This document shows positions 1 through 12,287 of a DNA stretch of 64,000 bases, piece by piece. Both the position numbers and the translations under genes were made by a program. The notes under the pieces are model-generated. The model was not told the origin of the DNA. It did no database searches and was given only the letters and a program-made list of their open reading frames with translations. The DNA is from Tubiluchus corallicola (lineage: Eukaryota; Animalia; Priapulida), in the NCBI GenBank assembly GCA_030141605.1, contig JAQGDQ010000148.1, positions 124,001-188,000 of the forward strand, in the 5' to 3' direction. The first letter of the stretch is position 1. Each line of letters starts with the position of its first letter.

Positions 1-861
1 GAAAACTATTTTGGTGTTGGTTAAGTTTTCTTAATTTTCAAAAACCCGCAAATGCATATTTCGTGTTTAATGGATTATAAATGAGCAAAACATGTAGATA
101 GCGCCAGCGGCCTCAACGGCAAAAATTTCTGAAATGACTACTATGCCAAGTAAAATTGTGTTCACTCTCATAATTTTATAATATTATGATTTAATTGTTT
201 TAGAATTTAGATGAATGTTAATGTAGGAAGTAGAAATGGAAACCATAATGGTGCTCTCTAACGTTTTATTATTGACTTTGTGCAATGACACCATGTACTG
301 TCATTCAATTGTAGACAGGTATAATATAACAGATCTTCTATTTCATCCATATTTATTTTAAAAAGAATTTAACTCAACTTCTCTAACGCGTAGTTTGTGC
401 TCAGCTAGATAGAATGTCATGTCTAACAAACAAAAGGAAGGGCTCGCACGTTTTTCCTTGAGCTCTATATCGTCGAGTAGGGCACTTTTAGCTGCAGTTC
501 CAATAAAACGTGGAATTTCTAAATTAATTTTATCAAAGTTATTACTCACGCAGTTTTAAATTAACATTTGGTTAATTAATTTTATTTTCCAATACAAGAG
601 GTACTGCATACAGCTGATAGTACGAATGGCCTTATAAATTGTTGAATTGTTGAAAATATTCGGTCTATCTAAACTTACAGGGATTTGAATCGGATTAAAC
701 TGACACGGTTATCACAAAAACACTTGTTCAAACTACTATCTCAAGCAAAATTGTCTTCCGTCAAATAATTTTGACTTAAATGTTTTAGAATTTAGATGAA
801 TATTATTGGAGGAAGTAGATTATTACAAGTAAACTGTACTAATATTGTTAACTGTACTAAT

Positions 862-1022
862 ATTTTCTAAACGTACGTATAAATTATCGATATTGTCCTG
901 TTGCTAAATTATTTATAGTTAGACTTGTTGGATGTTATTAAATGTATTAATTTTTCTAAACGTGTGTAGAGATTAGACGATATTGTCTTGTTGTTTAATT
1001 ATTTATTGTTAGAATTGTTGGA
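862..1022. repeat. Degenerate tandem duplication, unit about 89 bp (TH intron)
   Basis: ttttctaaacgt..gta.a.atta..cgatattgtc.tgttg.t.aattatttat.gttaga.ttgttgga occurs twice. A separate ~37-bp block at 197-235 also recurs at 781-818. Confidence 0.7.
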
Positions 1023-1098
1023 CAAATAGAAAATTAGAGCCGAACAGTCATTTCTGAAAAAAAAGTGTCTGAAAAAGGTGACAATAAAACGTTACTAC

Positions 1099-1326
1099 CT
1101 CGAATGACTTTAGAATGCGTGGCAGCAGTTGGAGACCATCTCTGAGGGAGAAAATGAGTGTTGCTTGTTTTGTTGTTGCATCTTCTGCGCCAGTGATTAC
1201 CTCGAATACCTCCTCCTCGCTTCCCTCATTAGACAGTGTCCTCTGTCGTTGAAGTTCATCGTTATGGGTCTGGGTCTCAAACTTTGCGTCAGAAATGAGA
1301 GAACGGCGCCTTGCAGGATACCCGTT
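1099..1326 (-). CDS. TH: Tyrosine hydroxylase (tyrosine 3-monooxygenase), N-terminal regulatory exon; gene continues beyond the left edge
   Basis: tttttcag|...|gtagta, phase 0-0, 76 codons: NGYPARRRSLISDAKFETQTHNDELQRQRTLSNEGSEEEVFEVITGAEDATTKQATLIFSLRDGLQLLPRILKSFE. Matches Drosophila Pale NGYPSRRRSLVDDARFET (PKA site equivalent to vertebrate Ser40) and the ACT-domain start (vertebrate LNLLFS...SRAVKVFE). Not in the ORF track because the frame has no start codon. Confidence 0.9.
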
Positions 1327-2921
1327 CTGAAAAAATCAGTACTTTGATACTCGCAAATCACACATAATGCGTTCGCAACTGTAAAAGAACAAAAAGTCAA
1401 CTTTTTTACATATATCTATGTACATCTGACACAAAAAACATCATGTTCAGTATGCACTCTGTACCACAAACCGAGTACTTTGTAATAAGCACTTCTATAG
1501 CTGTGAGACGAAAAGAGTTTTTAGGCTTTATGGATTCACCATGTGGCGATTTACTTTTCAATTTAACAATTCTGATTATCCCACACATGGATTTTGTGAG
1601 CTGCAATTTTATCTGGTAAAAATAGTTTTCCAACTAAAACGTAGTACAAAATTAACTATAGAGCCCTCAGTAGAGGGACATATAGCTGCCCCAACGAGAT
1701 CGACTTTTTTGAGACGGCAAAGATGTATTTTCTGCATTGACACTAAGTTTCTGTGAAAAGCTGCTATCGCATTACAGAGCGTCTGGTTAGTTATGGGTTA
1801 GAATTCGATACAGACAGAACTGGAAGGTTAATTTTTAATAGAAAAAACTCTAAACGTGTACAAGTAACAATGCGCATGGGTTTAAAACTTCAAATAAAAA
1901 TTTAAACTCCGATACGGACATACATGTATTTGAAGGCTGTGAAAAACCACAGGTGGGTGGTTTCAAACTAAACAATGTACAAGAAAACTACAGCAAAATT
2001 GTGTTTTCTGCATAACATACATTAGTGATTGTTGTTCTTGAGATATCCTGTTAATGAATTTTAGCTGTTACTGTTGTTTAAGGATCACCTACATCTGAGC
2101 GGTGAGCACATTAGCTACAGAACTTTGTCATACGCGAATCTTCAAAACACTGTAAAAAACTAAAATCTGTGCTATTTGACCTTATAATTTATAGGCTGCG
2201 AACTTGAAACATGCCCTACCACTGTTTGAGGTATCAACTTCCTGCACTATTCCAGGGCTGAGAAAAAATGCCGACAGACAGACGGAACTAAATAATAAAA
2301 AACCTAACTTCATTTAGCAATTACGTGTTACAAAAAAGTGCTTTTGCGGTCACAGTTTCCGAAAATAAATACCTATGTGAATGAAGTTTAAACTTTTAAC
2401 ACGAAAATAGCGTACAACTAAAATGTCAGAAAAATAAGAAACATCATAAACATAAAATGAAACAGTTCAAGTCAGAACTATGTTGGCATCAAAACCGCAG
2501 AACATATTACAGTGAAAGAAGAGATAATTTTCGCATAAAGGTAAGGAAAGATAAATTCTACCGACAAATGTTTACAAACAGGCTGCAAAGAAACAAGAAT
2601 TTTATTGACTCACCAGGTTATCGTTACGCGCCAGTTCAAATAGCTTTCTGATGAATCACTATCGATTTTTTTAAAATTTAAACTATATGTATTTAGTTGC
2701 GCTTTTGATGAAAATGGCGCTATATTTGCCGGCTTCATTGTTTATCACAATACTTTGTTGCCGCTGACAAGAAGAAGTTCCCACTAAAAATAAATCAGTT
2801 AAATATTTCGAGCATTTTTATAATTATGCAGTTTATTCATACTCATGAAGACAGCCAAAACTTAACACACGAAATTTAGTTTAACATATTGTTAAAATAA
2901 CTAGTGTTGCGTCTTGCTTAC

Positions 2922-2964
2922 CATAGCCCACGATTCGTTAAAGCTTGAAACTGAGCCGCAGACT
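2922..2964 (-). other. TH: Probable TH exon 1: 5'UTR plus initiator ATG only
   Basis: Starts at the Inr A (2964) and ends ...GGGCTATG|GTAAGC (ATG 2924-2922, strong donor). Phase 0 fits the phase-0 exon starting at 1326. An intervening exon cannot be excluded. Confidence 0.55.
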
Positions 2965-2994
2965 GAATGTAGGCTTTGAATCACACCTTTTATA
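2961..2994 (-). promoter_or_regulatory. Pol II core promoter (TATA box + initiator), probably of TH
   Basis: Minus strand TATAAAAG at 2994-2987 and TCAGTC with A at 2964, the canonical -30 spacing, followed 43 nt later by a consensus splice donor. Confidence 0.7.
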
Positions 2995-3784
2995 AACCTC
3001 AAGGTAATGATTATAAACCCGACAGCTTCATTTATAACCAAAGCAGTTGCCAATTAGTTCGTTTATGAATGTGTATAGTAGATTGCATAGCAACTATTAA
3101 CATTGTTGTAGACCCATAATGATTTTAGCCAAGGGACGAGAATTGCAGACCAAGGCTTAGACGATGGCTTTGTGTAATTTACAGCCTTACGATAACTGAA
3201 TAATTTTTTTACAAGTAGCACATAATAATTTTAATAACAGTAAATATTTTTTCCGACACTCACAGCATTATAAAAAGAAAAGAACTTTTGTTGAAACTTT
3301 AAGTTATAAAAAACATGTCTCTTAGTGTTTCGACTGCAACCTGCAGTGATCTTCAGTTATAGATTACACAAACGAACAAAGAGTTTTATAGGTAGAGCCT
3401 ACAGTACAGAAATTATTCTCTAATTATGTATTTACAAGGAAGCTAAAATGTAATTAATTAATACTTGTAGAGAAGAAAAAGATACAGCAAAAGTATAGGT
3501 AGGTGTCTGTAAACAAAGTTAAAAGAATTGAACTACTTTGCACATTCAGAGAAGGCTTGTTTTGGTACATAAATAAACTGTTTCATTAATTTATCACAAT
3601 TATTTTTAGCTTTGGCCATAATGCTGAAATTATTAATATCAGCTTAATGGTCAGAGGCACAAATATGGTCATGAATGCAAGACTGAGGAGGACTTTTTAA
3701 TTTCTCGTCAGTTCTAGACGAAATATCCAGATGTTCACATATTCTTACTTTAAAGTGCCTGGATGTTTGCCATGGTAAGCAGCA

Positions 3785-3928
3785 TTAAAGCTGCCACACT
3801 GAAACCTTTAAACAATACCAACCTGTAAGAATGTGGATATTTTGTCTTTATGCCCTTTCTTTCCATTTAGCGACAAAATACCAACATTCTTACAGTCTGG
3901 TATTGTATATAGATTTCAGTGTAGCAAC
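3785..3928. mobile_element. MITE-like palindromic element (about 57-bp arms)
   Basis: Left arm gctgccacactgaaacctttaaacaataccaacctgtaagaatgtggatattttgtc (3790-3846) is the near reverse complement of 3872-3928. Starts after TTAA, as Kolobok-type MITEs do. The right end plus flank is duplicated at about 4532-4570. Confidence 0.7.
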
Positions 3929-5004
3929 TGCAATTAACCCGGATATTTAGCTATACATGGTTTCGCACCAATCCACATTAATATAAATTAATAAAAAATA
4001 ACTAATAACTATGCTGTTCATTGTTTTTAGTTCCAGTTTGTAGTAATATTTGTTGCTGGACGCTGCTGGACCCTTTCTACTGCCGTGAACCTTGTTATGG
4101 TTTTTTCTCTTATTTTTATCTTAATTATAGTCAATTTTACAACATTTTAACAAAAGCACTAGTCTACATTATTTTATTACGAACGCTGGCGCTGTGAAAT
4201 CAGAGCCTGGTGAAACTACGTGCAACGGGGCCCATGGCGCTGTGTTGAGAATGTAGACAAGTTATGAAAAAGCACTAAAGCCACTTTATATTTCTACAGA
4301 AAAAATGTAGGTACTGTGTTACTATTAAAATACTGGTCACTTTTTGGGATCGCATATTAATTAATTAATAAAAACTAAGTTGTATGTTTTATTATCTATA
4401 CAGTAGGACTACAAAACTACGCGCAATTTAACTTAGCTTCCAAGTCTTTTATTTGAAAATCGAGTAGGTCTAAATGAAACCACAGACCTTTTCCGTTATT
4501 TTGTCATATTTTTATGTTCAGCTTTATTTGTAGATTTCAGTGTAGCAACTGCAATTAACCCGGATATTTAACTATATATGGACTATAAAACGTACATTTT
4601 ACTTGGCTTCCAAGTCCTTTTTTACAGTAATTTTTATCTGGCGAGGACATGATATTATTTATTTGTAGCTATGGATTGCAGCTACAGCTGCCAGTTTCCT
4701 TTCCAAGCAACCAGTTCTTCCAATAAATACATTTAACGCAAAATGTGTGCAATGGCAAAAAAAGAATACTCATGTGCACAATTACTGTGCATTAAAATTC
4801 AGATTTTCCTATCCATTTTTTCAAGAGATTTTTAGTTTAAATCAGGTTGCGCATTTTAGCTTTAGTGCTGTGTCTAATAACTAAGTACTGCGAGTAAGTT
4901 TCAAATAAAGGCGAAATGCATCTCCGAAATTGCTTTTTGTGGCAGTGTCAACATATAATAACTGCTTGAGTCAGAACACAACACCTTTAAAAATAAAGTA
5001 AAGA

Positions 5005-5047
5005 TATAAAATAAAATAAAATAAAATAAAATAAAATGAAATAAAAT
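5005..5047. repeat. (AAAAT)n microsatellite
   Basis: Direct reading of the sequence. Confidence 0.85.
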
Positions 5048-5699
5048 TTACACTTCACCTATCCTGATTAACACTTGAATTAAGAAAACATTTTAATAGG
5101 TCTACATATATAAAAATACACTGTACTTCCTTCCTAATAGATAGTTATTTTCATTGTTTTGTGATATTTATATGGTCTGTGTAAAAAAATGTAATCACAG
5201 GTTGCAACTACATGTTTTTTCATAAAAGATAAACAATATTTATGTTATTATTTATTTTACTTTGTCTTGTTTTGCTTTATTTTATTTTATTATAAAGTGT
5301 AAGTTCTTCAAATAAAATGAAGTAAATACCAAAAATAATTATAAACTTTTTGTATTTTTTGCAGTTTTTTCATAAATGTCATGTGTTAGAGTTAGGCATT
5401 TTTGAAAATGAAGACCTAAGGACTAAATATTAGTTTCAAATTGCTTCTTTCACTATAAACTATGTAGTCATGATACCAAATCTATTCTGAGCGTTATATG
5501 AACTTTCTTCTGTAACACAAAATAAGGCGAAACATTACAAGAAAAATCAATAACTAATTTTTGAGGCGAATGATAATAATAATATAATAATAATAATAAT
5601 CTTTATTTAAAGTCGGCTTTTTGGAATGAAGAATTAAGATAAGCTCCAAATAGCTTTTGGACCGAATATAAATAACAATCTACACCTACTTAACAGAGA

Positions 5700-5852
5700 C
5701 TATTATTATCACACTTTTACCCTAAATGCCATGCGCGAGGCAGGGCAACAGCCGATACCATTTTAAAGTTTTTGGTATACCCGGCCGCTGAATTGAACTC
5801 ATGACCTCCCAGACGGAAAGCCGACGCGTTACCACTAGACTAAACCGGGTGG
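5700..5852 (-). mobile_element. tRNA-derived SINE, MetaSINE-like
   Basis: Minus strand has an A box TAGTCTAGTGG and a B box GAGTTCAATTC, then ggccgggtataccaaaaactttaaaatggtatcggctgttgccctgcctcgcgcatggca, which resembles the conserved Meta central domain (ggtcataccaaagactttaaaaatggt...tgc.ccctgc). No intact tRNA cloverleaf. Confidence 0.7.
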
Positions 5853-6329
5853 TAAATAGAAATATGCACAATATAACATACAGTATGTTTGTATAGACTA
5901 ATCTACCATATAAACAATATGGAGTTAAGTAACTAAAATATGGCGTCTTTTTCAGGCATTCGCACAGTTAGTTGCCGAAAATCAAATTTGCTTTAAAATA
6001 ATTACGTGAAATATGATCGTGAGAAAATATAGGGCATCTTTATAATCGAGCGAGGAATTTTCCCGCTGTTACTTCCGGGCAAATAATGTTGTGAATAGAT
6101 AAGGATAACGAGGACGGGATAGAATGTCATACTCTTTCATTGTATGAACTATGTAATTAAAACGAATAAAGTGACAATTTCTTCAGAAAGTTTATCTCTT
6201 TCTGTATCATCCAAGCATTAATTGTAAGATATTTTTTACAATTTTAGAACTTAAAAAACCGATTTGAAAGATTTTACCTGCTGGGCATTATCTGCAGTGT
6301 GGAGTTGCTTAAGGATATATTAATTTCTC

Positions 6330-6416
6330 GTTTTTTTTCTTTTTTTCTTTCTCTACCTTCCCCCCTCTCTCTCTCACTCACTCACACACACAAACATACA
6401 CACACACACACACACT
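6330..6416. repeat. Polypyrimidine / (CT)n / (CA)n compound microsatellite
   Basis: Direct reading of the sequence. Confidence 0.85.
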
Positions 6417-6859
6417 CTTTCGAACAACATGAAAACAAACACAAACTTATTTGGAGTTTCCATAAATCTGCTTCGCAACAAGAAGCAAGGAAATCGAAGA
6501 CATGTGTGTTTGTAACATGTTAAAATTCGTTTGTAAGAAAAAGCTCATTTTATTTGCAAATTCACACATACATGCACAAGAAACATTATCTGTATCAAAC
6601 AAACAGAAATGCAAAGATTAGTAAAGAGTATAGCGTAATACAAAAGGCATACATGTATATCTAAATAAAAGTTCGAAAATGTTTCTTTTTTAGATTTGAA
6701 AGTTGGCCGCGTTTGTTGGCTTCAGTAAGCACTATGGAGCTGTCGCTCATCTTTCTGATGATACCGAACACGCAGCAATACACCATAAGTACTTAGTGAA
6801 TCGCATCGTATATTAAAGCACGGGATGGATTATCTTATAGTGCAGAGGTGCTTAGCCAC

Positions 6860-8065
6860 GAGGCTTAAGCATTGCTTAACTTTGTTCTTTGGCGAAAATT
6901 TCTATGCATAGAAGTTTCCAACTAACACGAAATGTTTATTTTTAATTGACTAATATAATTTTTGCCGCGCTGATTTTTCTACGTTGTCAGTATATAAAAA
7001 TATATAAAATGAATTTATTGAATCTCACCAATACACATTTTCAAACATTTTATAAAGCACAACGGCACGCGCTTTACAAATATAAAAACGTCATTTCAAG
7101 ACAAATATGATTTCTTACTTCGGCGACTTGTTGAAAAATGAGATTAAAATATTTGTTAGTGTAATTAATCTAATGTCTCCATGCCTACAATTTTTATATG
7201 GCTTACTGATTTTTACAACTATATTACTTATATATAGAAGCATGTTTCGTTTTGAAAAGCACATTTCGTTTACTAAAATACTTAAATATGTAACTGACGA
7301 CTATTTTGGTTATATCCCTCATTTAACAATGAAACGAAAGAGGTGGGGGCTGCGACAAAGTTTCAGATTTAGAAACGCATGTTTTAAATATAGTAATCAG
7401 GCTTACGTGTTGTTATAAGGTCCAAAAATCAATTTACAGTCTTCTTATTAAATGTACGCTGTAAATATTTACTGCGAAAACATTTCTTACAGCAACACAC
7501 CACAAACGCATAGCGCATAAGAGCACTTAAAAGAGGAATGTTGTAACAAAGTTACCTCAACGAGAAAATAGCCGAAGGCTCAGCGTTGCTTAACTTCGGT
7601 TTTTTAGCGAAACTTTCTATGTTTGGAAGTTTCTCACTAAAAATGAAAACTTGCGATTAATGCTAGCTGAGTAAATCATGTTGTGAGTTTCTAATTACGA
7701 ATATAAGCGACTTTATTATAAATAACTTTGTCGTGTCATTCCTTGAATTTCTTTCTACGTCAAAATAATTAATAGCACAAGAAAAATAATGAGCGAACGT
7801 ATCTGGAGCATTGTCTCATATTATTGTGACTAATAAACCGATTATATGTTTAAGAATACAGCGTTTATTGTACTGAACACCATGAATGTTTACCGTCAAG
7901 CCGGTTCTCACGCTAACACACTACAAGCACTTAAAAAGCTCGGTCGCATAAGAGTGGAACAGAATAACAGCCTGTTACCCTCAACGAGGTAAACAGCCGT
8001 TAAGCGTTGCTTAACTTCGGTATTTTTTAGCGGAGCTTTCTATGCTTGCAAGCTTCCAATAAATA
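6860..8065 (-). repeat. Three dispersed copies (about 6860-6925, 7528-7644, 7933-8065) of a unit with a 5S rRNA-like A box
   Basis: Copies 2 and 3 read accgaagttaagcaacg on the minus strand (5S A-box region); copy 1 reads acaaagttaagcaatg. All three share an upstream gaaacttc/gaagcttg...catagaaa...cgc.aaa block. Confidence 0.7.
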
Positions 8066-11000
8066 TCAAAATTCGTATTTATTTGTAGTTTAGCAATCGA
8101 GGTGTCCAACTTTACACAGATTGGGAAACGTCAATCAACCACGGGTGTCCACTTCGTAATAGTCAATCAAGCGCCCATGCAACAATTCTCAGCTGAAAAA
8201 AGTTATCACAATGATACGTGGAAAACGTATTGGAATATACTGCGAGCGTCAAAGTCAAGTGTGTAATATTAGTTTTATTTTTCCATCCATGCAAGATTTC
8301 TACCACAAGAATCACAGATATTACGACTTTGAAACGTTGTGCTTGGGTACTTGATGCAGACGTATAATAACCGGAAAGGTTAGAAACAGTCAGATTTATT
8401 AGAAGTTTCTCCAAACCAAAAACACTAAAGAGTGCCGCTAAAACAGAGAAAATATGAGCTGAACCCTTTCATAAAGTTCACAAGTTTGGCATTTGTTCAT
8501 TGACGCCCGACATTTTGATGAGAGTTAACAACGTTCAATCTTTTACACAAAATATTGACATAACATACAGTTTTGAGTGAAAGAAACGAATTTTTTGCAA
8601 TGACTTACCTAACAGTTTCTTGTAGTCTGGTAAGTTTTGTGGAATAATTAACAAATTTGTACTAAACGTGCACGCATTCTTCATGTTTTTTTCTGATTAG
8701 TCTGTACGTTTTTATGCTGTAACTCTTGCCAGCAAGCAAGAGTTTGTGAAAATGGGCCAGGTGGGAGGGGCCTAGTCCCGTTTGCCAATCTGTATATTGA
8801 TAGAGAACCGGCACAAAAAAAACGAATTACAAGTATGAATACCTATTGTGACTGAAGAGTAAACTTAATTTGTGCTTAACGTTGTTAAGATGCGTATATA
8901 ATTTATTGTTTAGTATAGTATTCATTGTTTTCTAAGGTGACAGTTTACAATCATATTACAAGTCTTAATGCACTATGGCACAGTTTTTTCACAATTTTCT
9001 AATGCAAAAATACGAATTACCCTATAATGCAAATTTAATTTTTTGATGACAAGAGTAGTTACAATTAATGGAATAAATCCACAGTTAAGAAAAGAAAAAA
9101 CATGATATTTCAAACTGCCGCTGTAGTTTATCTTCGCGTGAAAAAAGGGAAATATCACATGGAAATACCAATCCTAATTTTTTGGGGGAGTTTTTATATT
9201 GTTAACGCATAAAGATTGCAGGCTTAAAAAGAATACAGACACATACGAGAAAAAAGACAGAAGCCAGCAAGTAAAAACACAAGGTAAAACACAGAAGTGA
9301 CTAGTGATTTTACACGTCTGTGCTTTTACCTTGTGTTTTTATTGCTGTACTTCTGTGTTATTGTATCCTTTTTTAAGTGTGGCATCTTTATGTGTTAGCA
9401 GTATAAAAACTCTGAAATTACGAAATGAACTATGAATTATGTATATTAAGGATAAGATAAGATTAGGCCTATTGTAGGATAATGTTTTAATACTGTGACC
9501 CTTTATAAAATTATAGCTGCCTTTCACATCTGTAGCTTTTAATGTTTAAACGAATGAGCGCTTGCTGCCCAATGCAGAGTGAGGAATGCCGATGTACTAA
9601 ACATTACTTAGTACATATTATTTTAAAAAGGTCTGATTTTCAACGACATGTCGAGTTTACAGCTTCTTCATTCCAGAATCATTTGTTACTGCTGCTGCCA
9701 TTTGTGAATTCCGTCCCAATTCCTTACAAGCTTATCAGTCATAATCACGTATATAAGAAACCACAAATATCTTTACCTTTCGTGAGATTTTCATTCAAGT
9801 TAAACGTATAAATTTGTTTTTCTTGCGAATAATTTAAATTGGAAAATGAAGAAAAATTTATTGCAAATCGGGACGTGTCATATTGGTTAAAAATCCACAT
9901 TAATTCCTCGTACAACTGACTTATTGTTTAACATGGATAGCAGTAATAAGATGTTGCCCATTGGGCGCAGAACCCCCACATGACTTTATGATATTATCCA
10001 TGATATATGAAGCATATCTTCTTTAAAGGCTCTTCCCTTCCCAGGCTTACAAATCAGTTTGTTTTTACTCCACAGTCATGTGCTCGTTGTAATATTTATT
10101 GATCATTTCATTGCAATTTTCTTTGTTTTGTTACCTGTATTGGCCATTAACGAACTTATATAAAGTCACTTGCTTGCACGATATTGCTAATGCGTAGGCG
10201 GCTGACTGAGTGTGTAATGTGAGCTCAATAAATCATCGGTGGTAAAATTTTATGGTTGCTACAAACTCGCGGATTTTTTCTCACTTGCTTCTTGCTAATA
10301 GCTTACTATCTGACAAACGAAATTTGGTATGGAGGTCAGGTTATTTTACGCATCTTATTAGCATTAGATCAAGCAAAATGCATCGATTCTGAAACGATCC
10401 TAGTAGTACAGGATGAGAGCGCACACGAGAAAGGACATTGCTGATCCCTAAAATATCATCTTCTTTTCTTTAGCATTCAATCCTGATCATGCTGCCAAAA
10501 TAACTAATAAAATAATTTATTTTTGAAAAAATACTCGTCAATATGTACGTTATAAAAGCAGATGCTACTAGTAATCGTTTTGACCAGGTGTAGCAGGCCA
10601 AATTAACCTCTGCTTAACACCTAACTTCTTCAGTTTTCCAACTTTGATAACCATAGAAGATTAACTGCAGGACCAGCTTACACTGCAACACAACAAAAGT
10701 ACCAGTGGATCTACGTTATGGCTTTTATCACATTATGAACAGTCAAGTTAATTGAACATGATGTTACAATTGTATTATGTTGTTTTGAGTATGTGATTTT
10801 ATTTTACTGTGTGAACACTATTGAGAAGTGTGCTATTAATCGTTGATTTTTGTGGAGTTTAATATTTTTACTGATTGTAGTTTTCCCGGTTGAAATTCTA
10901 AAAGTCTACGTGTTCAGACTTGTGCCCTTATTTTAAGATTTAAGTCAGTTAGCCTTTTCACTTAACTTTCCCTGACAAAGCTGAAACCCCAATAAAATAT

Positions 11001-11563
11001 TGCAAAATTAAGCAATTCTTGTGTATATCACTCAACACTGCTGATATAATGGAGGGCATAATCTGGCCTGGGTGTATGAATTTGTCTACTCTAGGGCCAT
11101 AATGTACCGGCGGTACAAACTAGCCCAGGTCGCTCTAACCCCGGGTATTGTCTGGACGTACACTATGATCTGTTACACCGGGAAACTGTGGACGGAGACA
11201 AGAGGACAGACTTGGTAAATGAGGAGCTCTCCGTGTTAACCGTGTTTGCCATTCTCTGACAAAGTTTACGACAGTGTCTAATAGCTGATAAATAAGCATA
11301 GAAAAGACGCGTTAATGAGATTTAAACCCGATGTTGTACCGCATATGAATAGGTAACATGAGGATTTGAAAAACATTTGTCAGACCTATAATGTATTGTT
11401 GACATTATTTTTTCTCATTGTTACTTGAAATGACAATCGAACAACACCACGGACGATAATACGGTGTCCATTTCTTGTTCATTAGTTTGATCATTGGGCT
11501 TTGTGATTTAACAATATTCCATACTTGACCTTCATACAGTTGAGCATTCATACCAAAGCAAAA

Positions 11564-12287
11564 ATGAAGAATAGAGATATCGTTTTGTGCAGTATAATTT
11601 ACTTAGAACTGCTTAAAACTTTCGCTGTTGGATACTCAAATAACTTGTGTGATGCTGTCAACCACAGTATTCCCTTAGAAAGCTTAGACGATAAAATGCA
11701 AAGTAACATTGTTACCATCAGTCAATATGGTTGCAGTATTCATCTGGTCACGCATTTAAATGGACAGTCAGAACCCGAGTGTTCTGTTCATTGTAGATTT
11801 GATTCAAGCGAATTTTTTAACGAAAATGTTACAGAAAGATGGGGTTATAATAAAATGCAACTAGAAGCACTGGACAAGCTATTGCCGAATAAGATGGATA
11901 TAATTTATCATTTGTATCTACAAGATTACCAAGAGAAAGAGCTGCCGTCAAACTTTTTAGCAGCGAAAACGCTAGACTACTTGAAGTTAAAAAATTTTTC
12001 AATTACAAACCTCAAGGATTATGGTATACAAGCCAAAAATGTTAAAGAAATTGGTCTCTTTCAGTTAAATAGTATGATATCTGTTGAACCTCGCGCTTTT
12101 GCTCGTTGGAAAAGTTTAGAAGCAATAAATATTTTCAGTGCTGACAAATTAACTAAAGCAGATCTGGATTTAAGTAGCAATCCAAATATTAAAGAATTTA
12201 AAGTCGGTCAGACGTGGTTGGAACACATGGCGATGCCAAAACTACACCCAGATGTCTCTACCACAGATGTGGAGATACAGTTGAGAG
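11564..12287 (+). CDS. LRR cell-surface protein, coding exon 1 (signal peptide, Cys-rich cap, divergent LRRs)
   Basis: ATG 11564 MKNRDIVLCSIIYLELLKTFAVG (signal-like), Cys-rich N-cap, LRR-like units (LDYLKLKNFSITNL, VEPRAFARWKSLEAINI, LDLSSNPNIKEF). Donor AGAG|GTGAGA, phase 1. An acceptor catacag at 11539 implies an upstream non-coding exon. Confidence 0.8.

Noticed and set aside
358-549. ORF containing PRFIG, reminiscent of vertebrate TH SPRFIGRRQS
   Set aside because: It lies downstream of the real RRRSL exon, has no compatible phase-0 splice sites and no ACT HIESR-like motif. Treated as coincidence.
1129-1400. ORF-track proteins 1129-1347 (+) and 1197-1400 (-)
   Set aside because: Antisense and out-of-frame shadows of the TH exon.
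1690-1735. Minus-strand peptide YIFAVSKKSISLG, resembling insect TH MFAIKKSYSIE
   Set aside because: No usable splice donor follows and the frame closes at a stop.
2614-2738. Minus-strand ATG frame MKPANIAPF...RVTIT ending at a GTGAGT donor
   Set aside because: Phase 2 is incompatible with the phase-0 TH exon, no bridging exon was found, and there is no TH similarity. It might still be a non-coding exon.
5775-5852. tRNA gene
   Set aside because: A and B boxes are present, but there is no acceptor stem and the sequence runs into a SINE body.
7933-8065. Functional 5S rRNA gene
   Set aside because: Only the A-box region matches well. The 5' half is unrelated and 5S helices cannot form.
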